Source: Fimbriiglobus sp. (lineage in GTDB: Bacteria > Planctomycetota > Planctomycetia > Gemmatales > Gemmataceae). Taken from it: a stretch of DNA of 61,219 nucleotides. Position 1 is the stretch's first letter. Each line of letters begins with the position of its first letter. The stretch spans positions 1 to 61,219 of the forward strand of contig JANYHV010000020.1 in assembly GCA_025362195.1 (NCBI GenBank), in the 5' to 3' direction. A program made the position numbers and the translations under genes. The notes below the pieces were generated by a model, which saw nothing but the letters and a program-made list of their open reading frames with translations, did not search any database and was not told where the DNA came from. This document shows positions 46,466 to 55,709 of this stretch, piece after piece.

Positions 46466-48106
46466 TCACGGGGCCGGGAGGGCGACCACTTCCGCCGGGA
46501 GTTCTTCCGCCGGCGTCGCCGGCCGGGCCGGCGTCAGCGCGCGGCCGAAGCTCAGCCGGGCGTACCCGTCGCGGTAGTACTCGGCCAGTTCGCCGATCGA
46601 CCGGAAGCCGACGCTTTGCAGGAACTGCCGCGGCGGGGCCTCGGTCGGGCCGCTCGACGCGTGGGCCAACAAGAGCCGCCCGCCGTTGGCCGCGGCGGAC
46701 TCCTCGACGGCGCGCACCAGCCGCCGGCCGTGGCCTTGAAGACGCTGGTCGGGCCGCACGAAGAGGGCTTCGAGGGTGGCCGCGCCCTGCGCCCCGTCGA
46801 GCAGCGCGGACAGCGCCACGCCGACGATGGACCCGCGGCGCGTCAGGACGATGCACCGCCGCGCGACCGGGTCTTTGCGGTCCAGGACGACGCGGATACG
46901 GGCCACCAGGGCCGCCGTCGGCTCGCCGGCGACCGACGCTTCGTTCGCCAACAGGTCGAGGACGCCGGGCAGGTCCGACGGGCGGGCCGAGCGGACCCGG
47001 CAGATCGACGCCGGGGACTGCTCCGGCTGCGCGATCGTCGCTTCGAGTGCGGCTTCCGACGCGACGAAGGAACGACCCAGCGACTCGGCCAGGTGCGGCG
47101 TCGGCCCGCGCCGCAGCGCCTGTTGGACCAGCCCGACGATGAACTCGGCGTAGGGAATCTTCGCCGACTCCAGGCCCGCCGCGAGGCCGGCGAGCGGACT
47201 GATGCACGGGTTCGGGTTCACTTCGAGGATGAACGGCTCGCCCTCCTCGTCGAGGCGGAAATCGACCCGCGCGTAGTCCCGGCAGCCGACTAACTCGAAC
47301 GCCTTCTTCGACAGCGTGGCCAGCCGCTCGTGCAGCTCCGGCGTCACGTCGGCCGGGTTCTTCGCCGGCGTGGCCGTGAACTCCAGCGTGCCCGGCCGCC
47401 ACTTGGCGTCGAACGACACGATCGGCCACAGGTCGGGCCGGTCGTCGGGCGGGACGAACAGAATCTCCGAGTACGGCAGCGTCGTCAACTCGCCGTCCCG
47501 CTCCATCAGTGCGACGTTGAACTCGCGGCCGCGGACGAACCGCTCGACGAGGACCGACGGGCCGTAGGTCGCGCGGATGTACTCGACGCGGTCTTCGAGC
47601 TGCTTCTGGCCGGTGACGACGCTCGCCTGGTCGATGCCGACGCTGGCGTCCTCGCGGCCCGGCTTGACGATGACCGGCCACTTGATGCGGCACCGCGGGA
47701 CCGGGCCGTCCTCGACGACGAAGAACGGGGCCGTCGGCAGCCCGGCCCCGGCGAGCAGTTGCTTCGTGAGCGGCTTCGACCGGCACATCAGCAGCGGTTG
47801 CGTCGGCGAACCGGTGAACGGGACGCGAAGTAATTCGAGTAGGCCGGCGACGTACGCCTCCGTATTGCCCCACTGCGCGAGGCCCTCGTACAGGTTGAAC
47901 ACGGCGTCCGGGTTGGACGCCTTCAAGCCCTTCAACAGCGCCGCCGGATCGTCCCGGAGGCCGAGCCGCTCGACGGCGATGCCGGCCTGCTGGAGGATGC
48001 GCGCGACGGTGTCCGCCGTGTACAGGATGTCGTGCTCGGAGTCCGCGTCCGGGTGGTCCGGGGGCAGGGTCGGTTCGTTGAACAGGACGAGGACGCGCGG
48101 CGACAT
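46466..48106 (-). CDS. D-Ala-D-Ala ligase-like ATP-grasp enzyme fused to a C-terminal GNAT acetyltransferase
   Basis: VFNLYEG, PFTGS, IVKPGREDASVGI, ERFVRGRE, CRDYARVDFR, EVNPNP. C-terminal LFVRPDQRLQGHGRRL (acetyl-CoA motif A) and YYRDG. Confidence 0.88.
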   Translation of the reverse strand: MSPRVLVLFNEPTLPPDHPDADSEHDILYTADTVARILQQAGIAVERLGLRDDPAALLKGLKASNPDAVFNLYEGLAQWGNTEAYVAGLLELLRVPFTGSPTQPLLMCRSKPLTKQLLAGAGLPTAPFFVVEDGPVPRCRIKWPVIVKPGREDASVGIDQASVVTGQKQLEDRVEYIRATYGPSVLVERFVRGREFNVALMERDGELTTLPYSEILFVPPDDRPDLWPIVSFDAKWRPGTLEFTATPAKNPADVTPELHERLATLSKKAFELVGCRDYARVDFRLDEEGEPFILEVNPNPCISPLAGLAAGLESAKIPYAEFIVGLVQQALRRGPTPHLAESLGRSFVASEAALEATIAQPEQSPASICRVRSARPSDLPGVLDLLANEASVAGEPTAALVARIRVVLDRKDPVARRCIVLTRRGSIVGVALSALLDGAQGAATLEALFVRPDQRLQGHGRRLVRAVEESAAANGGRLLLAHASSGPTEAPPRQFLQSVGFRSIGELAEYYRDGYARLSFGRALTPARPATPAEELPAEVVALPAP

Positions 48107-48298
48107 AGACTCTTCTCCGACGGGCGGCGGGCGGCCACTCCGGGTTCGGGCGAACTCACAGAGTATCGACCGGCCGGTGCGGCCCGCACGCCGCAAGTCT
48201 TCAAGTTACTCCGCGCGAGTGGAGTGCCACAAGCGGAAAGGCCGCGCCGCCGCGCGGACCGGGCGCGAGGGGCGCGTCATCACCGGACTAACGCGCCC

Positions 48299-49315
48299 TC
48301 ACTTCGCCCGCGCGACGGCGGCTTCGACGATCCGGCCGACGAGGTCCGCGTGCGTCACGCCGAGCAGCCCGGCCATGATGACGAGGTCGCTCGACTCGGG
48401 GTTCAGACCGGGCAGGGGGTTGATCTCGATGAAGTACGGCACCCCGTCGCGGACCCGGAAGTCGAGCCGCGCCACGTCCCGGCAGCCGAGCAGGTCGAAC
48501 ACCGTCAGGGCCGCCTCGGCGATCTCCTGCGCCACCCCCGGCGCGAGCTTGGCCGGGCACTCGTAGTCGATCAGCCGGCGGAAGTCGCGCTTCACTTCGA
48601 GGCTGTAGACGAAGTGTTCCGCCGGCGTCTTCGGCGAAATTTTCATGACGCCGAAGACCTCGGGCGGGTCGTTCCCGAGAACGCCGACGGTGACCTCGTC
48701 GCCGGCGATGAACTCTTCGATCAGCACGGCCTGGCCGTAGTCGGCCCAGAGCTTCGCCACCGTCGGCCCGAGGTCTTCGGCGCGGGTCACCAGGCAGCGG
48801 CTGCGGATGCCCTTGCTCGACCCCTCGAAGACCGGCTTGGCGATGACCGGCAAGTCGAGGCCCGCGTCGGTCAGGATCGGCGGGAACTCCGCGCAGTCCC
48901 CGTCGTAGGGCTTCCGCGGCGGCGAGATGGTCAGGCCGATCGGCACCGCGATGCCGGCCCCGGCGACGAGTTGCCGCGTCACGTCCTTCTCCAGCGCGAC
49001 GGCCATTGCCAGCGGGTCGGACCCGGTGTAAGGGATGCCGAGCATCTCGCACGCCGCCGGGACGCGCGCTTCCCGGCTGCGGCTGACGCCCGACCCCTCG
49101 GCGAAGTTGAAGACGAAGTCCGGCTTCTCGCGCAACACCGCTTCCAGGAACTCCCGGCCGTCGCCGAGTTCGACCGCTTCGTGGCCCAGACCGCGGAGCA
49201 CGTCGGCGATGGCCCGGATGGTCCCGGGCGCGTCGAACTCCTCGTGCAGGTCGTCCGGCGCGCCGGGCGGCAGCGGGCCGTCGGGCTTGAGGTCGAAGGC
49301 GATGCCGAACTTCAT
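48299..49315 (-). CDS. D-Ala-D-Ala ligase-like ATP-grasp enzyme
   Basis: VFNFAEG, GIPYTGSD, IAKPVFEGSSKGI, EEFIAG.E, CRDVARLDFR, EINPLPGL. Lacks the canonical Ddl GGxSxE N-terminus. Confidence 0.9.
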   Translation of the reverse strand: MKFGIAFDLKPDGPLPPGAPDDLHEEFDAPGTIRAIADVLRGLGHEAVELGDGREFLEAVLREKPDFVFNFAEGSGVSRSREARVPAACEMLGIPYTGSDPLAMAVALEKDVTRQLVAGAGIAVPIGLTISPPRKPYDGDCAEFPPILTDAGLDLPVIAKPVFEGSSKGIRSRCLVTRAEDLGPTVAKLWADYGQAVLIEEFIAGDEVTVGVLGNDPPEVFGVMKISPKTPAEHFVYSLEVKRDFRRLIDYECPAKLAPGVAQEIAEAALTVFDLLGCRDVARLDFRVRDGVPYFIEINPLPGLNPESSDLVIMAGLLGVTHADLVGRIVEAAVARAK

Positions 49316-49339
49316 GGCGGACTTCCGGTGGAATTGTGC

Positions 49340-49412
49340 CGGCGAGCCGGAAGCGTCAGCGCCCGGAGTCTTCCCGCGAAGAACTCCGGGCGCTGACGCT
49401 TCCGGCTCGCCG
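49340..49412. repeat. REP-doublet/REPIN-like palindrome, family A
   Basis: Perfect 30-bp arms CGGCGAGCCGGAAGCGTCAGCGCCCGGAGT (49340-69) and 49383-49412 with a 13-nt loop. Same family as 4-66. Confidence 0.92.
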
Positions 49413-49419
49413 AGAAGTG

Positions 49420-50835
49420 TTACTGAGCCTTCGCGCTCGGATTCAGCATCGGCAGCGCGATGACCGACCGGCGCTCGTCGTCCGGGGCGCTGCTGCCGCA
49501 CCCGCTCGCTTGCTCGGCGAGTTGAATCTTGCGGCGGCGGGCCATGCGGTCGATCCCCTCCGGGATGAGTGCCGTCTTGTCGCCTTGCAGTAGGCCGCTG
49601 ACGCCGCGGGTCTTGGTCGTCTTGCCCGCGGCCGGAGTCGAGTCCTCGGCCTGGTAGCGGACCAGCATCCCCTCGTAGTTCCGCAGGATCGCGGCGTCGT
49701 CGGACATGCTGACGAGGTAGTTGGGCATGAGCGGGATCTTGCCGCCGCCGTGCGGGCTATCGACGACGTAGGTCGGGATGGCGATGCCGGACATGTGCCC
49801 GCGCAGGCCCTCCATGATCTCCATGCCCTTCCAGATGCTCGTGCGGAAGTGGCCCGCGCCGGTCACCGGGTCGCAGTGGAACAGGTAGTACGGCCGCACC
49901 TTGATGCGGAGCAGGCCGCGCAACAGCGAGCGAATGGTGCCGAGGCTGTCGTTCACGCCCTTCAACAAAACAGAGTGGTTGTTGATGACCATGCCGTGCC
50001 GGATCAGCGACTTGCAGACGCGGTGGGCTTCGGGGGTCACTTCACGCGGGTGGTTGAAGTGCGTCTGGATGTACACCTTCTCGGCGTCCGCGAGGGTGTC
50101 GAGGAGTTCCTGGTCGTAGAGGCGTTGCGGCAGCGTGACCGGCACGCGGGTGCCGATGCGGATGACGTCGACGTGGTCGATCTCCTTCAAGTTCTTGAGG
50201 TAGAACTTGAGCTTGTTCAGCGGGAGCGTGAGCGGGTCGCCGCCGGAGATGATCACGTCCCGGATGGCCGGGGTGTCGCGGACGTACTGGATCATGCGCT
50301 CGTCGTCGGCGCTGACGCCCTCCCAGCCGCCGCGGGTGAGGGTGGCGCGCTTGCGGGTGCAGTACCGGCAGTACATGGTGCAGTTCGGCGTGGTGACGAG
50401 CAGGCAGCGGTCGGGGTACCGGTGCGTCAGGCCCGGCACCGGCGAGTCCTTGTCCTCTTCAAGCGGGTCTTCGAGTTCGTACCCGGACTCGGCCTCGAGG
50501 GGCGACGGGACGGACTGGAGGCGGATGGGGTCGCCCGGGTCTTCGGGGTTGATGAGCGAGAAGTAGTAGGGAGGGATGGCGATCTTGAAGTCGGCCTCGA
50601 GCCGGCCGATCGCCTCCAACTCCTCGGACGTGAACGGCAGCAGCGAGCGCAGTTGCCTAACACTGCGGATGGTGTTCTGGGTCTGCCAGCGCCAGTCGTC
50701 CCACTGCTCTTGCGGCACGTCCTTCCAGAGGGCGTGGCGGCGGGGGCGACTCGGAGGCTCTTCGTCGTCGAACCCGCCGGGGCCGGAGACGGCCTGTTCG
50801 ATGGGGAGCGGGTCCTGCGCGTCGGACTCGAACAT
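49420..50835 (-). CDS. kamA: KamA family radical SAM enzyme (lysine 2,3-aminomutase-like)
   Basis: W.DWRWQ, DPLEED, GLTHRYPDR, CTMYCRYCTR (CxxxCxxC), SGGDPL, RIGTR, THFNH, PYYLFHCD, GGGKIP (PLP Lys). Confidence 0.93.
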   Translation of the reverse strand: MFESDAQDPLPIEQAVSGPGGFDDEEPPSRPRRHALWKDVPQEQWDDWRWQTQNTIRSVRQLRSLLPFTSEELEAIGRLEADFKIAIPPYYFSLINPEDPGDPIRLQSVPSPLEAESGYELEDPLEEDKDSPVPGLTHRYPDRCLLVTTPNCTMYCRYCTRKRATLTRGGWEGVSADDERMIQYVRDTPAIRDVIISGGDPLTLPLNKLKFYLKNLKEIDHVDVIRIGTRVPVTLPQRLYDQELLDTLADAEKVYIQTHFNHPREVTPEAHRVCKSLIRHGMVINNHSVLLKGVNDSLGTIRSLLRGLLRIKVRPYYLFHCDPVTGAGHFRTSIWKGMEIMEGLRGHMSGIAIPTYVVDSPHGGGKIPLMPNYLVSMSDDAAILRNYEGMLVRYQAEDSTPAAGKTTKTRGVSGLLQGDKTALIPEGIDRMARRRKIQLAEQASGCGSSAPDDERRSVIALPMLNPSAKAQ

Positions 50836-50950
50836 AACGAAGGTGACCTCGGGGGAAGCCAGAGTCCCGGCCCTCGGCGACGCCGCCGAACGGGTGGGAC
50901 GTTGCCGGTGACGCCGTTCAAGGGGTCTGCGGCCCGTGCTTCAAAGTCGA

Positions 50951-50978
50951 ATACTAACGCAGGGTGCGCGAAAGACAA
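50951..50978 (-). promoter_or_regulatory. Possible sigma-70 promoter for the kamA cluster
   Basis: Minus strand TTGTCT-N16-TAGTAT in an AT-richer patch about 115 nt upstream of the kamA ATG. Confidence 0.3.
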
Positions 50979-51060
50979 GTTGCGCAAGGGGCCGCGAAAA
51001 GGATTCGCCAACTTTCCCCGCGCCCTCACCCGCGTGACCCCAACCCGGCCGGCGGGTTTG

Positions 51061-51082
51061 CAGTGACACACCACTGTCACTG
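51061..51082. promoter_or_regulatory. Perfect spaced palindrome, possible operator
   Basis: CAGTGACA-N6-TGTCACTG upstream of kamA, with no U-tract. Confidence 0.3.
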
Positions 51083-51155
51083 ACCCCTCCGCCCGCCCCT
51101 CCGCCCGCGCCGCGCGGCCACTCATAGCGTCCCCGGCGGCGCAATCAAGGCGGGT

Positions 51156-53330
51156 TCAGCGGCCCTCGGTCAGGGCGAACTGCGCGAGGAAGAAGACGTG
51201 CCGCCGGGCGTCGCGCGGCATCCAGTCGGCCGTCGGCTCGCACGCGAACCGCACGACGTGGCGGCCCGGCGGCACGTCGATCGTCACGGCGCGGGCCGGG
51301 CTGGTGGAGTCGATCGCCACCTCCTCGCTCCAGACCGGCCCCGAGATCCTGAGCGTGGACGGCAGCGTCGATTCGGTGCGGGCGACCATCGTCATCGTCA
51401 CGCGCCGCGTCCGGTCGGAGGGGTTGACGACCCAGGCCTCGCCGCGGCGGGCGCACCAGCGGTGCGAGTCCTCGTGGCCCAGCCGCTCGAAGCTGATGAA
51501 GCCGTGGAACCAGAGCACCCGGACCGCCTCGGCCTCGTCGCGGGCCATCTCGCCGAAGCGGCCGCCGAGTTCGGACTTGAGGCGCTCGCGGTAGGGCCGC
51601 AGGTCGTAGAAGGACTGCTCGCCGCGGGCGTGCGCGATCGCGGGGGTGGCCTCGCGCAGCTCGGCCAGCACCGCCTTGGCGAGCGCCGCGGCCGCCTCCG
51701 GGGAGTAGGGCCGCCAATCGACGCACAGGCCGTCGAAGCCGCGCAGGGCCATGCGGCGCAGCATCTCGGGGGCCTCCGCGGAGGAGACCTCGCGCTGCCA
51801 GCAATCGACCTCGCGGTACTTGATCGCGCCGAAGGACCAGCGCGTGCGCTCCGTGAAGAGGTAGCCGCGGGCGTGGTCGTAGCAGCCCATCGCGCTGCCG
51901 CGCTGCATCGTGCCTTCGGGGTAGTCGTTGTAAGGGAGCTGGAAGACCGTCCCGCCGCCCAGGGTCCGCTCGACGCCCTGGTAGAAGTCGCGGTCCTCGG
52001 CGTAGCGCTGGTACTCCTCGGCGCGGGCCTCGAGCCTCGACGTGCGGCCCCAGTCCGCGGGCGTCATGTCGAGCAGCCCCAGGGCGGTGACGCCGGCGAA
52101 GAGCGGCCAGCGCGCGTACCAGCGCCGCGGCACGTTGCGGTCGAGCGCGTTGAGCGTGAGCCACAGCGCGAAGAAGGCCAGGAAGATCGACATGCGGGCC
52201 TGCGCGCGGATCGCCGCGGTGACCAAGTCGCTGAACAGCGCCCCGACCCCGCCGATCGTGGCCACCAGGAACGACGCCGCCATCAGCGCCGCGACCGCCC
52301 GCGCGACCCGCCGCCGGCGGCCGCGCGGCCAGAAGACCGCGACCGCGCCGACCGCCAGGCCCGCGACCCCGACCGCCCCGAGGCTGGCGGTGTTCGACTC
52401 GTCCTTGGAGCGGTTGAGCGAGTCGTGGGCGCTCCGCCAGCGGGCCAGCGCGGTGACGCGGTGGTTCACGATCGGCAGCACGAGGTAGGTCAGCTTCATG
52501 CCGTAGGTTTCGGCGTCTTCGGGCTGCCGCTCGATCGGCACGCTGTTGCGGCCGGAGTCGTGGTGGGCGAGGTAAGTCGGCGCGTGGTTGGCGACCCCGC
52601 CGGCGAACACCACGCCGACCAGGAACGCGCCCCAGGCCAGCGGCTTGTACGACCGCCGCAGCGCCGCCCCGTACAGCCCCGCCGCGGCCAACAACGTACA
52701 CGTGAAGAAGGCGTAGTAGGCCCCGGCGCACGACGTGGCGAGCATCGCGACGACCGGCCAGCCCACGCGGCGCAGCCTCACCCGCCCGAGCGCCAGGTTG
52801 ACGGCGACCACCAGGCCCAACGGCACGAGGTAGTAAGCCGAGAGGAAGTAGTGGCTGTAGCCGCGGATCTGGTGGTACGGCAGGAAGGCGTACAGCAGCC
52901 CCAGGCAGCCGGCGGCCGACAGCGACAGCCCCAGTAGCCGGCCGGCCAGCATCGCGCAGAACGCCGCCAGCGGGTACGTCAGCAAGTAGTAGACGTTCAT
53001 GGCGACGATGGGGTGATCGACCACGCGGTCGATCAGCGCGATGGCGGCGAAGTGCCAGTGGTCGATGACGGGGAAGTCGTACAGCTCCTGCCGGCCGGGC
53101 GCGCCCATGCGCTCGTTGAGCCAGTGCGTGCCGCCCTCGTGCTGGGCCTGGACCATCGGCACGATCAGCAGCGAGTCGCCCGCGCTGAGGATCGGCACCT
53201 TGAGGTCGATCCCCTCCAGGCGGTGGCCGACGAACAGGAACGCGCAGGCGATGCCCACGCAGGTCGCGTAGGCGATCAGGCGGCCGGCGAGGGGCAGGCC
53301 GGCGCGGAGGAGGTCACGGCGGCGGGTCAT
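51156..53330 (-). CDS. Polytopic membrane protein, GT-C/YfhO-like putative transferase (paralogue 2)
   Basis: Many TM helices. QELYDFPV, YH..RG..HYFL, AGAYYAFFTC and LPY..YPE are shared with 53337..55646. Extracytoplasmic C-terminal beta-rich domain. Confidence 0.65.
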   Translation of the reverse strand: MTRRRDLLRAGLPLAGRLIAYATCVGIACAFLFVGHRLEGIDLKVPILSAGDSLLIVPMVQAQHEGGTHWLNERMGAPGRQELYDFPVIDHWHFAAIALIDRVVDHPIVAMNVYYLLTYPLAAFCAMLAGRLLGLSLSAAGCLGLLYAFLPYHQIRGYSHYFLSAYYLVPLGLVVAVNLALGRVRLRRVGWPVVAMLATSCAGAYYAFFTCTLLAAAGLYGAALRRSYKPLAWGAFLVGVVFAGGVANHAPTYLAHHDSGRNSVPIERQPEDAETYGMKLTYLVLPIVNHRVTALARWRSAHDSLNRSKDESNTASLGAVGVAGLAVGAVAVFWPRGRRRRVARAVAALMAASFLVATIGGVGALFSDLVTAAIRAQARMSIFLAFFALWLTLNALDRNVPRRWYARWPLFAGVTALGLLDMTPADWGRTSRLEARAEEYQRYAEDRDFYQGVERTLGGGTVFQLPYNDYPEGTMQRGSAMGCYDHARGYLFTERTRWSFGAIKYREVDCWQREVSSAEAPEMLRRMALRGFDGLCVDWRPYSPEAAAALAKAVLAELREATPAIAHARGEQSFYDLRPYRERLKSELGGRFGEMARDEAEAVRVLWFHGFISFERLGHEDSHRWCARRGEAWVVNPSDRTRRVTMTMVARTESTLPSTLRISGPVWSEEVAIDSTSPARAVTIDVPPGRHVVRFACEPTADWMPRDARRHVFFLAQFALTEGR

Positions 53331-53336
53331 AGGCGG

Positions 53337-55646
53337 TCACCTGGTGCGGAAGTCGAGGAGCGTGTAAAGGTCGTTGCGCGAGTCGCTCGGCAGCACCGGC
53401 ACGAGCGAGCGGCACCGGAAGCGAACCGCGTGGCGGCCGGGCGGGATCACGAGGTCGCGGCAATACTCGGCCGGCTTGTCCTCGCCGCCGATGGTCAGGT
53501 CGTCCACCCACGCCTCCCCGGCGGGGGACGCCAGCGCGCCGTCGATGCGCAGCCGCGCTGGGCCTTTGAACGTCGTGCGGAACTTCATGCGCACCGTCAC
53601 GGTCACCGGCGACGCGGAGCGGTTGACGAACACGGCCAGCCCCTCGGGGCCGCCGAGGCGGGCGCGGTCCTCGTAGCCGGGCGGCTCGGAGCTCGTGAAG
53701 CCGGTGAGCCACAGGACGGCGAGGCCCTCGCGCTCGGCCTGCGCCCGCGCCTCGAAGCCGCCCGCCCCGTAGTTGCGCACCAGGCTCTCGCGGTAGCCGC
53801 GCAGGTCGTAGAAGTGCAGCCGGCGGGCGGGGTACGCCTCGCGCAGCGCCCCCGCGCCGAGGTACTGGTCGAGCTCGCGGCTCAGCTCGCGCCAGCGCTT
53901 CGGGGCGATCCCCTTGGCGTCCACCAGCAGGCCCTCGAAGCCGACGAGCGTGAGCCGCTCCAGCAGCCGCGGCACCGGCTCCTTGCCGCTGACGGTGCGC
54001 GCCCAGGCGTCCCACTCGCGGCCCTTCATCGCCCCGAAGCTGAAGCGCAGGCCGGCCGTGTGCAGGTAACCGATCGCCGCGTCGTAGGCCTTGGTCGCCT
54101 CCGCCGCCCCCGGCTCGCGGTACGGCCGCGCCTCCGGGTACTCGACGAACGGGTAGTTGAAGAGCATCCCGCCGGGGATTCTCGCCTCGACGCGGCCGAA
54201 GAACTCCGCGTCGGCCGCGTACTTGGCTGCCGCCTCGGCGCGGTCCTCGACGACACTCCGGTAGCCGGGCTGCGCGGCGCGCAAGTCGGGGAACCACGCG
54301 TCGTTGGTCTGGTCCCAGAGTCCGAACGCAGTCAGCGCCGCGAAGGCGGGGGCGCGGAGCCGGCGGCGCGTGACGAAGAGCCGGTCGGCGGCGTAGCAGA
54401 CGACGAAGACCGCGGCGAAGGCGATGAAAATACTCAGGCGGTTGTAGCAGCGCACCTGCGGCGACGCCACGAGGCTGAACACCGCCCCGAAGCCGCCGAT
54501 CGTGCCCAACAGCGTCGCGGCCACGGCCAGCGCCGACAGCGGGCCGAGCGTGTCGCCGCGCCGCACCGGCAGGAAGCCCGCGGCGAGCAGGGCCAGGTAG
54601 CCGCACGCCCCGACGAGGCCCAGCGGGTCCCAGTCGGCCTCGTTCAGATCCTTGAACAGCGGGGCCTGGTAGGCGGACCGCAACGCGGCGGGGTCGAGCA
54701 GCACCGTCGAGCCGACCGCGACGGGGTTGTGCCGCTCGACCGGCAGCAGCAGTTGCGCCATCTTGAGGCCGTAGAGTTCGGTCTCCTCGGCGTAGCGTAG
54801 GTGCGGCCGGCTGTTCTGGCCGGCGCGGGCCTGGTAGACGAACGACGGGGCGTGGTTAGCCACGCCGCCCGCCACGACGACCGCGACGACGCCGGCCGCC
54901 GACAGCAGCGCCCGCACGCTGCGCGTCCGCACCCAGCCGTACAGCCCCGCCACGGCCAGCAGCGCGCAGGTGAAGAAGGCGTAGTAGGCCCCCGCGGCGG
55001 AGACTAGCAGCGCGACTGTGACCGCGACGGCCGCGTCGCGGTTGTGCAGCGAGAGGCGGCGGCTGCCGTCGGGGCGGGCGGGGTAGAACGGCAGCCGGCC
55101 GCGGCAGATGTCGAGTATCAGCATCATCGCCGGCGGCACCATGTAGTACGCCGCGAGGAAGTAGTGCGTCTGGCCGCGCAGGTAGTGGTACGGCTGGAAG
55201 GCGTACAGCAGCGCCGCCGCGACCGACGCCGGCCCCGACAGCCCGTAGCGCCGGCAGACCGCGAGCGTCGTCGCCGCCGTGAGCGGGTAGGTCAGCACGT
55301 AGAAGAGGTTGAACACGATGACCGGCGACGGGAAAGCGCAGCCCAGGCACCAGATCAGCGCGAAGTGCAGGTGATCGACGACGGGGAAGTCGTACAGCTC
55401 CTGGACGCCGGGGGCACCGAGCCGCGGCGTGCGCCAGTGGGTGCCGCCCTCGACGACCTCCGTGACGAACGGCAGGATCAGCAGCGCGTCGTAGTCGTAG
55501 GTGAACGGGGCGTGGAAGTCGGCCTTGTCGAGCCGCAGGCCGGCGACGAGGACGGCGACGGTGATCAGCGCCGCGGCGAGGTGCCACCCGAGTTCGCGCA
55601 AGGCCCAATAGGTTGCGGGCGGGGCGGCGGGTGGCGGGGCGGGCAT
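53337..55646 (-). CDS. Polytopic membrane protein, GT-C/YfhO-like putative transferase (paralogue 1)
   Basis: Same conserved blocks as the neighbour. Start ATG 55646 (alternative 55682). Confidence 0.65.
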   Translation of the reverse strand: MPAPPPAAPPATYWALRELGWHLAAALITVAVLVAGLRLDKADFHAPFTYDYDALLILPFVTEVVEGGTHWRTPRLGAPGVQELYDFPVVDHLHFALIWCLGCAFPSPVIVFNLFYVLTYPLTAATTLAVCRRYGLSGPASVAAALLYAFQPYHYLRGQTHYFLAAYYMVPPAMMLILDICRGRLPFYPARPDGSRRLSLHNRDAAVAVTVALLVSAAGAYYAFFTCALLAVAGLYGWVRTRSVRALLSAAGVVAVVVAGGVANHAPSFVYQARAGQNSRPHLRYAEETELYGLKMAQLLLPVERHNPVAVGSTVLLDPAALRSAYQAPLFKDLNEADWDPLGLVGACGYLALLAAGFLPVRRGDTLGPLSALAVAATLLGTIGGFGAVFSLVASPQVRCYNRLSIFIAFAAVFVVCYAADRLFVTRRRLRAPAFAALTAFGLWDQTNDAWFPDLRAAQPGYRSVVEDRAEAAAKYAADAEFFGRVEARIPGGMLFNYPFVEYPEARPYREPGAAEATKAYDAAIGYLHTAGLRFSFGAMKGREWDAWARTVSGKEPVPRLLERLTLVGFEGLLVDAKGIAPKRWRELSRELDQYLGAGALREAYPARRLHFYDLRGYRESLVRNYGAGGFEARAQAEREGLAVLWLTGFTSSEPPGYEDRARLGGPEGLAVFVNRSASPVTVTVRMKFRTTFKGPARLRIDGALASPAGEAWVDDLTIGGEDKPAEYCRDLVIPPGRHAVRFRCRSLVPVLPSDSRNDLYTLLDFRTR

Positions 55647-55709
55647 GGACGCGGTGCCGTAGGATACCGGGGGACGCTGCACCTAACCAGGATACGAAAG
55701 GCCCCGCGA

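Noticed and set aside
46466-49315. Housekeeping ddl or Van-type resistance ligases
   Set aside because: The canonical D-Ala site motifs are missing, there is no mur/fts or vanH/vanX context, and the genes are linked to kamA and a GNAT instead.
49420-50835. EF-P modification enzyme EpmB
   Set aside because: It is longer than EpmB, carries the WxDWxWQ N-terminus and RNYEG C-terminus of KamA proper, and has no efp or epmA neighbour.
50836-50950. Lysine riboswitch ahead of kamA
   Set aside because: The putative leader is too short and no conserved lysine-riboswitch elements are recognisable. An Infernal scan would be decisive.
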